Positions 36,257 to 47,030 of a stretch of DNA of 64,000 nt are shown here, piece after piece (the stretch's first letter is position 1; every line of letters begins with the position of its first letter). The notes below the pieces were generated by a model. The model did no database searches. It saw only the letters and a list, made by a program, of their open reading frames with translations, and was not told the origin of the DNA. A program made the position numbers and the translations under genes. Source of the stretch: Octopus sinensis. Its lineage: Eukaryota. The stretch is from contig NC_043023.1 of NCBI RefSeq assembly GCF_006345805.1, forward strand, positions 15,686,001 to 15,750,000, in the 5' to 3' direction.

Positions 36257-36670
36257 GGCGCAGGAGTGGCTGTGTGGTAAGTAGCTTGCTTACCAACCAT
36301 ATGGTTCCGGGTTCAGTCCCACTGTGTGGCACCTTGGGCAAGTGTCTTCTACTATAGCCTCGGGCTGACCAAAGCCTTGTGAGTGGATTTGGTAGACAGA
36401 AACTGAAAGAAGCCCGTCGTATATATGTGTATGTGTGTATGTTTATGTGTCTGTGTTTGTCCCCCTCAACATCGCTTGACAACCGATGCTGGTGTGTTTG
36501 CGTTCCCGTAACTTAGCGGTTCGGCAAAGGAAGCCATAAGAATAAGTACTGGGATTACATAAGAATAAGTCCTGGGATTACATAAGAATAAGTCCTAGGG
36601 TCGATTTGCTCGACTAAAAGGCGGTGCTCCAGCATGGTCACAGTCAAATGACTGAAATAAGTAAAAGAGT
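36257..36670 (+). mobile_element. SINE family 1 in the fossil tail of gene D
   Basis: Full head-to-tail copy with a small internal tandem duplication (AAGAATAAGT..GGGATTACAT). Confidence 0.8.
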
Positions 36671-36739
36671 ATATACTCATAATTGATGACTGAATCAAAT
36701 TCGATGACTGGCATCTGTGCTAGTGGAGCGCTAAGAGTA

Positions 36740-37325
36740 CCTATTTCTTTACTACCCACAAGGGGCTAAACACAGAGAGGACAAACAAGGACAGACAAAC
36801 GGATTAAGTTGATTATATTGACCCTAGTGCGTAACTGGTACTTATTTAATCGACCCTGAAAGGATGAAAGGCAAAGTCGACCTCGGCGGAATTTGAACTC
36901 AGAACGTAAAGACAGATGAAATACCTATTTCTTTACTACCCACAGGAGCTAAACACCGAGAGGACAAACAAGGACAGACAAACGGATTAAGTCGATTATA
37001 TCCACCCCAGTGCATAACTGGTACATATTTAATCTACCCTGAAAGGATGAAAGGCAAAGTCGACCGTCGCAGAATTTGAACTCAGAATGTAGCGGCAGAC
37101 GAAATACCAATTTCTTTACTGCCCACAAAGGGCTAAACACAGAGGGGACAGACAAACAGATTAAGTCGATTATATCGACCCCAGGGCATAACTGGTACTT
37201 ATTTAATCGACCCTGAAAGGATGAAAGGCAAAGTCGACCTCGGCGGAATTTGAACTCAGAATGTAAAGACAGACGAAATACCGCTAGGCAGTTCACCCGG
37301 CATCCTAACGATTCTGCCAGCTCGC
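36740..37325 (-). mobile_element. Three head-to-tail SINE family 2 units
   Basis: Tails at ~36742, 36925 and 37110; only the last unit has the full head (CTGCCAGCTCGC). Confidence 0.8.
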
Positions 37326-37402
37326 AGCCTAGAGTATCATACGAGTGAGATCGTTGCCAGAGCAACAAGCTGGCTTCTGTGCCAATGGCACGTTAAAAAT
37401 AG

Positions 37403-37901
37403 TCAGGTTCTAGTTTTTATATCTTTTCCCATTATTCAAATTTTTTCTTGCAGTTCACAATTTCAAAAAGTAATAATAGCAAAAAAAAAAAAAGAACCAA
37501 AAAAAAGACCATTGAAAACTGACCATAATTATCCGGATTTTAGCTCGTTTCGTTGACGTTCCGTGTCAGCTTTTTGAGGTGTCTCCCACTAGATCGATAA
37601 TTTGTGTAAAGATATTTCACATTAAACGCTCGTCAGGTTCTAGTTTTTATATCTTGTCCCATTATTCAGATTTCTTCTTGCAGTTCACAATTTCAAAAAG
37701 TAATTATAGCAAAAAAAAAAAAAAAAAACATTGAAAACTGACCATCTTAGTTTCAACATTCGACAGAATTCATAAGAAACATCCGGATTATAGCTCGTTT
37801 CGTCGACGTTCCGTGTCAGCTTTTTGAAGTGTCTCCCGCTAAATCGCTATTTTGTGTTAAGATATTTCACATTAAACGCGGAGTCATTCATCATAACAGG
37901 T
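37403..37901 (+). promoter_or_regulatory. Tandemly duplicated promoter / exon 1 module serving gene E, donor GT 37900-37901 (acceptor AG 48261-48262)
   Basis: The TCAGGTTCTAGTTTTTATATC...ACATTAAACGC block occurs at 37403-37629 and 37633-37879, each with the CpG motif. Confidence 0.6.
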
Positions 37902-38110
37902 AAGATATAATACATATTTTATTTTTAATAAAAGACTACGTATCTGGCTAATAGGAAACTCCAGGCAGTAGTGAAAGTTTTCAATGTTGTTAGTCTGAGA
38001 TCGATATTATATTCTCCAATAAACTTCATGAATTATGGATTTTACTGGGTGTGGCCACGAAAAAGCAACAAATTTTTAATCTCTTTAATTATAGTAAGAT
38101 AGCCTATTTG

Positions 38111-38491
38111 GGCAATCTTTCGTCTCTAGTAGACCTTTCCGTCGATTTCCGTAAAAAAATTTTTTCTTTTTACATATGGGAACTTGCGGGAACTTTTGAA
38201 GTAATGAGAGCGAAAGAGACTAAGAGAAAGCGATTTTATGACGAGGGAAGTTCTTTTGAAGTTACTGTGCATGGCAAGCATTGATGTACATGTGTGGGAG
38301 ACAGACAGTATGTTGTGTAAGTGAAGTGCTTCTGTTAGTGTGTGTGAAAGAAAGAGATAACTGAAATTTTTTACTCGGTGTATGTGTATATGTATGTATA
38401 TTACTTCAAAAGTTCCCGCAAGCCCATATGTAAAAAAAAAAAAAATTTTATGGAAATCGACGGAAAGGTCTACTAGAGACGAAAGATCGCC
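38111..38491. mobile_element. MITE with ~90-bp TIRs starting GGC(A/G)ATCTTTCGTCTCTAGTAGACC
   Basis: Clear inverted ends but no TSD; the flanks suggest an adjacent deletion relative to the D intron. Confidence 0.8.
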
Positions 38492-38822
38492 ATAACACTA
38501 TATTCACTAACGTATTCATACAGAACGGGATTCAACTGAGTGTTATTTCTACTAAATCATTCTCTCTATAATGTACCTCCACCAAACAGATATTTATTTA
38601 TATTTGTTATAAACTCAAACTCGAATATCAAAGTTTAAAAGGTTTTAATCGACTAAAAATACAGGGTACTATTTAAGAACAGTGGTCCCAGTGTGCGCAC
38701 TCGCATACTCGCGCTAGATAGTCGTGAATAGTCGATCCTACAACGACTACCTAGTAAAGTAAATAAAACACAAAATATATAATTTTTTTACACAAAGTAA
38801 AAGAGTAAAGTAAATAATTTTT

Positions 38823-41070
38823 GGCGATCTTACGGTATAAGTACCAGTGTACTTCCGGAAGTACCGGATACATTTAAAAAAAGTGTTTTTTTATATATGA
38901 GGGATTAGGGTTTCGGTTAGGGTTTGTGTTAGGGGTGGGAGAAAAGGGTTATCAAATAAAGCTCAATATTTGGCGATCTTACGGTACAAGTACCTGTGTA
39001 CTTCCGGAAGTACTGGATACATTTCAAAAAAGTGTTTTTTTTATATATGGGGGATTAGGGTTTGTGTTAGGGGTGGGAGAAAAGGGTTTCTCAAATAAAG
39101 CTCAATATTTGGCGATCTTACGGTACAAGTACCTGTGTACTTCCGGAAGTACTGGATACATTTCAAAAAAGTGTTTTTTTTTATATATGCGGGATTAGGG
39201 TTTCGGTTAGGGTTTGTGTTAGGGGTGGGAGAAAGGGTTTCTCAAATAAAGCTCAATATTTGGCGATCTTACGGTACAAGTACCTGTGTACTTCCGGAAG
39301 TACCGGATACATTTCAAAAAAGTGTTTTTTTTTTATATATGGGGGATTAGGGTTTGTGTTAGGGGTGGGAGAAAGGGTTTCTCAAATAAAGCTCAATATT
39401 TGGCGATCTTACGGTACAAGTACCTGTGTACTTCTGGAAGTACCGGATACATTTCAAAAAAGTGTTTTTTTTATATATGGGGGATTAGGGTTTCTGTTAG
39501 GGGTGGGAGAAAAGGGTTTCTCAAATAAAGCTCAATATTTGGCGATCTTACGGTACAAGTACCTGTGTACTTCCGGAAGTACCGGATACATTTCAAAAAA
39601 GTGTTTTTTTTATATATGGGGGATTAGGGTTTGTGTTAGGGGTGGGAGAAAAGGGTTTCTCAAATAAAGCTCAATATTGGTGATCTTACGGTACAAGTAC
39701 CTGTGTACTTCCGGAGTACCGGATACATTTAAAAAAAGTGTTTTTTTTATATATGGGGGATTAGGGTTTGTGTTAGGGGTGGGAGAAAAGGGTTTCTCAA
39801 ATAAAGCTCAATATTGGCGATCTTACGGTACAAGTACCTGTGTACTTCCGGAAGTACCGGATACATTTCAAAAAAGTGTTTTTTTTATATATGGGGGATT
39901 AGGGTTTCGGTTATGGTTTGTGTTAGGGGTGGGAGAAAAGGGTTTCTCAAATAAAGCTCAATATTTGGCGATCTTACGGTACAAGTACCTGTGTACTTCT
40001 GGAAGTACCGGATACATTTCAAAAAAGTGTTTTTTTTATATATGGGGGATTAGGGTTTGTGTTAGGGGTGGGAGAAAAGGGTTTCTCAAATAAAGCTCAA
40101 TATTTGGCGATCTTACGGTACAAGTACCTGTGTACTTCCGGAAGTACCGGATACATTTCAAAAAAGTGTTTTTTTTATATATGGGGGATTAGGGTTTCGG
40201 TTAGGGTTTGTGTTAGGGGTGGGAGAAAAGGGTTTCTGAAATAAAGCTCAATATTTGGCGATCTTACGGTACAAGTACCTGTGTACTTCTGGAAGTACCG
40301 GATACATTTCAAAAAGGTGTTTTTTATATATGGGGGATTAGGTTTGTGTTATGGGTGGGAGAAAAGGGTTTTTCAAAAAAGCTCAATATTTGGCGATCTT
40401 ACGGTACAAGTACCTGTGTACTTCTGGAAGTACCGGATACATTTCAAAAAAGTGTTTTTTTTATATATGGGGGATTAGGGTTTGTGTTAGGGGGTGGGAG
40501 AAAAGGGTTTTCTCAAATAAAGGTCAATATTTGGCGATCTTACGGTACAAGTCCTGTGTACTTCCGGAAGTACCGGATACATTTCAAAAAAGTGTTTTTT
40601 TTATATGGGGGATTAGGGTTTCGGTTAGGGTTTGTGTTAGGGGTGGGAGAAAAGGGTTTCTGAAATAAAGCTCAATATTTGGCGATCTTACGGTACAGTA
40701 CCTGTGTACTTCTGGAAGTACCGGATACATTTCAAAAAGTGTTTTTTTTATATATGGGGGATTAGGGTTTGTGTTAGGGGTGGGAGAAAAGGGTTTCTCA
40801 AATAAAGCTCAATATTTGGCGATCTTACGGTACAAGTACCTGTGTACTTCCGGAAGTACCGGATACATTTCAAAAAAGTGTTTTTTTTATATATGGGGGA
40901 TTAGGGTTTCGGTTAGGGTTTGTGTTAGGGGTGGGAGAAAAGGGTTTCTCAAATAAAGCTCAATATTTGGCGATCTTACGGTACAAGTACCTGTGTACTT
41001 CCGGAAGTACCGGATACATTTCAAAAAGTGTTTTTTTTATATATGGGGGATTAGGGGTGGAAGAAAAGGG
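38823..41070 (+). repeat. Minisatellite, 16 units of ~135-151 bp
   Basis: GGCGATCTTACGG (one variant GGTGATC) restarts at 38823, 38972, 39111, 39262, 39402, 39541, 39679, 39816, 39967, 40106, 40257, 40392, 40533, 40681, 40818 and 40969. Confidence 0.97.
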
Positions 41071-41231
41071 TTTCTGTTATCTTCAGAAATGTAAACAAAG
41101 TCACGTGTGTACTTATACCGAAGTATCGCCACATACCCTAACCCTAATCCCCCATATATACAAAAAAACACTTTTTTGAAATGTATCTGATACTTCCGGA
41201 AGTACACCAGTACTTGTACCATAAGATCGCC
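38823..41231. mobile_element. Inner Merlin-like MITE (TIR GGCGATCTTA..., TSD TAATTTTT) whose left TIR is amplified into a tandem array
   Basis: TAATTTTT lies at 38815-38822 and 41232-41239, and an inverted TIR copy lies at ~41135-41231. Confidence 0.85.
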
Positions 41232-41479
41232 TAATTTTTTTTAAAAGAAAGTAAATAAAACACAAAGTAAGGATCGACTAGTTTGAGCGAGTGCGCGCAC
41301 CGGGACCACTCTTCTTAAATAGTACCAAAATACAATACAAAGATTGCTAAATTGTAAGTAAAACCAAACTTCAACGCAATAACATTTTTATGCAGCGAGT
41401 TGCTACTTTAATAGCGGTTTGGTTACTTTTATATGTTTCCTATCTGGAAATGGATAATAAATATATTTTACTTTTGAAG

Positions 41480-41710
41480 TAGCACCATCCGTCCGTGGCC
41501 GTTTGCCAGCTCCGTCTGGCACCTGTGCGGGTGGCACGTAAAAAGCACCCACTACACTCACGGAGTGGTTGGTGTTAGGAAGGGCATCCAGCCGTAGAAA
41601 TACTGCTAGATCAGACTGGGCCTGATGCTGGCTTCACAGACCCCAGTTGAACCGTCCAACCCATGCTAGCATGGAAAGCGGACGCTAAATGATGATGATG
41701 ATGATGATGT
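41480..41710 (+). mobile_element. RTE 3' UTR fragment with GAT tail
   Basis: Matches the other RTE tail copies. Confidence 0.7.
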
Positions 41711-41903
41711 CACTTATGACTTACTTATAAGTGTTATCCTTGTATGTAAATCTTGACTCCAGCTACATAAACGCCATAGCGAGAAATATTCTCTGAAGCG
41801 TTAACGGACATTTTATGCATGCATGTATGTTGAAGATAAATAAATTCGTGTTCTTTTAACTGCTATAAAAAAAAATACGGTTTCATCATTACAGAAATAA
41901 ATG

Positions 41904-44740
41904 CATCTTTTCCTTTTGAATGGCACTTTTCAACACAATTTCTAGTTAACTAAACACTTTTAAACTTCGTATACTGGTAGAATGTGTTTATAAAACATCG
42001 TTTTTTCTTGGCTTTATTGCCACCAAGCTTATTGAATATGAGAAGGCTGTTTTTCCTGAGATGTATATTAACACGCAGACGTCTGTACTTTGTACAAGTT
42101 TGCACTGATCTTTTCCTTTTGAACGGCATATGTCAACACAATTTCTAGTTAACTAAACACTTTTAAACTTCGTATACTGGTAGAATGTGTTTATAAAACA
42201 TCGTTTTTTCTTGGCTTTATTGCCACCAAGCTTATTGAATATGAGAAGGCTGTTTTTCCTGAGATGTATATTAACACGCAGACGTCTGTACTTTGTACAA
42301 GTTTGCACTGATCTTTTCCTTTTGAACGGCATATGTCAACACAATTTCTAGCTAACTAAACACTTTTAAACTTCGTATACTGGTAGAATGTGTTTATAAA
42401 ACATCATTTTTTCTTGGCTTTATTGAGAAAATTCTATAGTTTGTAACATATTTCCATTTTAAAATCGAGCATTTCTGCAATTTCAACCAATCAAATACGT
42501 CCATTTGGAGTCAAAACATACCATGCTGTATGAATATGTCCCTTGTTAAGAAACAGATTGAGTTTATTTACATTTGCGAAGAAAAAAAGATACCTTTCCC
42601 CACCCCTAACCCTAAAATAGTATACTTCGTATACTGGTAGAATGTGTTTATAAAACATCATTTTTTCTTGGCTTTATTGCCACCAAGCTTATTGAATATG
42701 AGAAGGCTGTTTTTCCTGAGATGTATATTAACACGCAGACGTCTGTACTTTGTACAAGTTTGCACTGATCTTTTCCTTTTGAACGGCATATGTTAACACA
42801 TTTCTAGTTAACTAAACACTTTTAAACTTCATATACTGGTAGAATGTGTTTATAAAACATCATTTTTTCTTGGCTTTATTGCCACCAAGCTTATTGAATA
42901 TGAGAAGGCTGTTTTTCCTGAGATGTATATTAACACGCAGACGTCTGTACTTTGTACAAGTTTGCACTGATCTTTTCCTTTTGAACGGCATATGTTAACA
43001 CAATTTCTAGTTAACTAAACACTTTTATACTTCGTATACTGGTAGAATGTGTTTATAAAACATCATTTTTTCTTGGCTTTATTGCCACCAAGCTTATTGA
43101 ATATGAGAAGGCTGTTTTTCCTGAGATGTATATTAACACGCAGACGTCTGTACTTTGTACAAGTTTGCACTGATCTTTTCCTTTTGAACGGCATATGTTA
43201 ACACAATTTCTAGTTAACTAAACACTTTTAAACTTCATATACTGGTAGAATGTGTTTATAAAACATCATTTTTTCTTGGCTTTATTGCCACCAAGCTTAT
43301 TGAATATGAGAAGGCTGTTTTTCCTGAGATGTATATTAACACGCAGACGTCTGTACTTTGTACAAGTTTGCACTGATCTTTTCCTTTTGAACGGCATATG
43401 TTAACACAATTTCTAGTTAACTAAACACTTTTAAACTTCATATACTGGTAGAATGTGTTTATAAAACATCATTTTTTCTTGGCTTTATTGCCACCAAGCT
43501 TATTGAATATGAGAAGGCTGTTTTTCCTGAGATGTATATTAACACGCAGACGTCTGTACTTTGTACAAGTTTGCACTGATCTTTTCCTTTTGAACGGCAT
43601 ATGTCAACACAATTTCTAGTTAACTAAACACTTTTAAACTTCGTATACTGGTAGAATGTGTTTATAAAACATCATTTTTTCTTGGCTTTATTGAGAAAAT
43701 TCTATAGTTTGTAACATATTTCCATTTTAAAATCGAGCATTTCTGCAATTTCAACCAATCAAATACGTCCATTTGGAGTCAAAACATACCATGCTGTATG
43801 AATATGTCCCTTGTTTAAGAAACAGATTGAGTTTATTTACATTTGCGAAGAAAAAAAGATACCTTTCCCCACCCCTAACCCTAAAATAGTATACTTCGTA
43901 TACTGGTAGAATGTGTTTATAAAACATCATTTTTTCTTGGCTTTATTGCCACCAAGCTTATTGAATATGAGAAGGCTGTTTTTCCTGAGATGTATATTAA
44001 CACGCAGACGTCTGTACTTTGTACAAGTTTGCACTGATCTTTTCCTTTTGAACGGCATATGTCAACACAATTTCTAGTTAACTAAACACTTTTAAATTTC
44101 GTATACTGGTAGAATGTGTTTATAAAACATCGTTTTTTCTTGGCTTTATTGCCACCAAGCTTATTGAATATGAGAAGGGTGTTTTTCCTGAGATGTATAT
44201 TAACACGCAGACGTCTGTACTTTGTACAAGTTTGCACTGATCTTTTCCTTTTGAACGGCATATGTCAACACAATTTCTAGTTAACTAAACACTTTTAAAC
44301 TTCATATACTGGTAGAATGTGTTTATAAAACATCATTTTTTCTTGGCTTTATTGAGAAAATTCTATAGTTTGTAACATATTTCCACTTTAAAATCGAGCA
44401 TTTCTGCAATTTTAACCAATCAAATACGTCCATTTGGAGTCAAAACATACCGTGCTGTATGAATATGTCCCTTGTTTAAGAAACAGATTGAGTTTATTTA
44501 CATTTGCGAAGAAAAAAAGATACCTTTCCCCACCCCTAACCCTAAAATAGTATACTTCGTATACTGGTAGAATGTGTTTATAAAACATCATTTTTTCTTG
44601 GCTTTATTGAGAAAATTCTGTAGGTTGTAAGATATTTCGTCTGAAATTTCAAGCATTTCGGCAATTTTAACTAATCGCTGGAGTCCATTTAGGTAAACAA
44701 CATTCCATGCTGTATGAATATGTCCCTCCTTTAAGAAACA
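41904..44740 (+). repeat. MITE-end-derived satellite with 203-bp and ~458-bp units
   Basis: GATCTTTTCCTTTTGAACGGCA restarts at 42107, 42310, 42767, 42969, 43172, 43375, 43578, 44036 and 44239, with a variant first unit at 41904. Confidence 0.95.
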
Positions 44741-44957
44741 CTCTTTTACTTTTTCTCAGTTATCGACTGCGGGCATGCTGGAGCACCACCTCTAGTCGAG
44801 CAAATCGACCCCGGGACTTATTCTTTGTAAGCCCAGTACTTATTCTATCGGTCTCTTTTGCCGAACTGCTAAGTGACGGGGATGTAAACACACCAGCATT
44901 GGTTGTCAAGCAATGCTAGGGGGACAAACACAGACACACAAACATATACAAGCACAT

Positions 44958-45014
<57 letters not shown>

Positions 45015-45185
45015 CACACACACACACACATACGACAGGCTTCTTTCAGTTTCCGTCTACCAAATCCACTCACAAGGCATTGGTTGGCCCGGGGCTATAG
45101 CAGAAGACACTTGCCCAAGATGCCACGCTGTGGGACTGAACCTGGAACCATGTGGTTGGTAAGCAAGCTACTTACCACACAGCTG
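44740..45185 (-). mobile_element. SINE family 1
   Basis: Reverse-complement copy with a CA/TA microsatellite. Confidence 0.8.
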
Positions 45186-45199
45186 TTTGCATTAGATAA

Positions 45200-46270
45200 T
45201 CATCATCATCATCATTTAGCGTCCGTTCTCCATGCTAGCATGGGTTGGATGGTTCAACTGGGGTCTGTGAAGCCGGAAGGCTTCATCAGGCCCAGTCAGA
45301 TCTGGCAGTGTTTCTATGGCTGGATGCCCTTCCTAACGCCAACCACTCCGTGAGTGTAGTGGGTGCTTTTCACGTGCCACCCGCACAGGTGCCAGATAGA
45401 GCTGGCAAACGGCCACGAACGGATGGTGCTTTTACGTGTCACCGGCACGGGGCCAGGCGAGGCTGGCAACGGACACGAACGGATGGTGCTTTTCTAATAA
45501 TAATTTTCTAAAATATTTCTTTGGCATTTTTCTATAGCTTCTATTGAATAAGAATTTTGCAATGATTTCACTTTCTCAGTATTTCTGTTAGTTATCTATA
45601 TTGCCTCAGTTAAATAACAATATTCAAGTGTTTTCACACTAAAAGACTTTTGTTTGTAAATAGTCTCTGTTTGTCGTTAGATAAAAACAATTACAGAGAT
45701 TTCATTCAGTCATTTGATTGTGGCCATGCTGGAGTACTGCCTTTAGTTGAGCGAATCAAGCCCAGGATTTATTCTTTGTAAGCCTAGTACTTGTTCTATT
45801 GGTCTCTTTTGCCGAACTGCTAACTTATGGGGACATAAACACACCACCATCGGTTGTCAAGCGATGTTGGGGAGACAAACACAGACACACATACACATGT
45901 ATATGACAGGCTTCTTCTGGGGTCTGTGAAGCTGGAAGGCTTCATCAGGCCCAGTCAGATCTGGCAGTGTTTCTATGGCTGGATGCCCTTCCTAACGCCA
46001 ACCACTCCGTGAGTGTAGTGGGTGCTTTTTACGTGCCACCCGCACAGGTGCCAGATAGAGCTGGCAAACGGCCACGAACGGATGGTGCTTTTACGTGTCA
46101 CCGGCACGGGGCCAGGCTTCAAGTTTCCGTCTTTCAAATCCACTCACAAGGCTTTGATCGGCCTGAGGCTACAGTAGAAGACACTTGCCCAAGGTGCCAT
46201 GCAGTGGGACTGAACCCGAAGCCATGTGGTTCGTAAGCAAGCTACTTACCACACAGCCACTCCTACACCT
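45200..46270 (-). mobile_element. Interdigitated RTE 3' UTR and SINE family 1 fragments
   Basis: RTE tail at 45200-45495 and 45918-46120; SINE pieces at 45710-45915 and 46125-46270. Confidence 0.65.
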
Positions 46271-46362
46271 ATATGTACACATTACACAAGATATTTTTTG
46301 CTTTTTTCTCTGTTATCTGTATTAAAGAAATATTTTCAAATTATTTCACTTTAACAGAATTT

Positions 46363-47030
46363 TTTTTTTAGTTTCTATTAAATAATTTTGACCTCATAAC
46401 CCATTAAAATAATTGCATTATCTTTTTAACTTATCTCTCTGCTTTTATATAATATATTGCGTGTGTAGGCGTGTATAAATTTATATATAGAGATAGAGAT
46501 TTTAAAAGTGTCCCGTATGTTTGGTTGTTCGCTGGAATTGAGCGGATTAGCAAACGTCGCTTTGTTGTTCCTGTGACTGGTCAGAAGCGTGACAAAGCGA
46601 CATTGCTTCCACTAATTCAAAAATACATCAAACCTGGCTCAGTTATGTACAGTGATTCTTGGACGGCTTCCAAAGATATACAAACATTAAGTTCTCAGCA
46701 TTACATGATAAACCACAAAGAAAACTTTGTTGACAGCATACATGCACCCGGCGATTTGTAATAGCCTAGTATTCCTTCAAACCATCTACACCTGTACCTG
46801 GGCAAGTATTTATTTATCTCTGCTAAAGAAAAATGAATGATGCTGCACCAATTTTTTTAGCTTGTATTAAATAATTTTGACCTCATAACCCATTAAAATA
46901 ATTTCATTATGTTTTTAACTTATCTCTCTGTTTTTATGTAATATATTGCGTGTGTAGGCATGAATAAATTTATATATAGAAAGAGATTTTAAGTGTCCCG
47001 TATATATGGTTTTCTAATCTGGCAACCCTA
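46363..47030. repeat. ~155-bp direct repeat (46363-46518, 46853-47005) of a hAT-like MITE end bracketing the transposase fragment
   Basis: ATAATTTTGACCTCATAACCC...AGTGTCCCGTAT occurs twice. The second copy ends CTGGCAACCCTA, the reverse complement of TAGGGTTGCCAG. Confidence 0.6.
46519..46745 (+). pseudogene. Merlin-type (IS1595/IS1016-like) DDE transposase fragment
   Basis: VWLFAGIERISKRRFVVPV..RDKATLLPLIQKYIKPGSVMYSDSW....QHYMINHKENFVD matches the W.FG.IER / TL...I...I.PG..I.SD.W / H..VNH..NFVD pattern of this family. Confidence 0.8.

Larger units (their letters stand above)
38665..41326. mobile_element. Outer Merlin-like non-autonomous element (TIR GGTACTATTTAAGAA.AGTGGTCCC.GTG.GCGCACTCGC)
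   Basis: ~40-bp TIRs; flanks AAAATACAG (38656-38664) and AAAATACAA (41327-41335) form a 9-bp TSD with one mismatch. Confidence 0.85.

Noticed and set aside
38926-41222. Repeated ORFs (AILRYKYLCTSGSTGY..., GGLGFVLGVGEKG...)
   Set aside because: These are translations of the minisatellite, with frames broken at homopolymer indels.
38823-44740. Tandem arrays as CRISPR-like repeat-spacer loci
   Set aside because: The units are repeated in full with no unique spacers, the context is eukaryotic and there are no cas genes.
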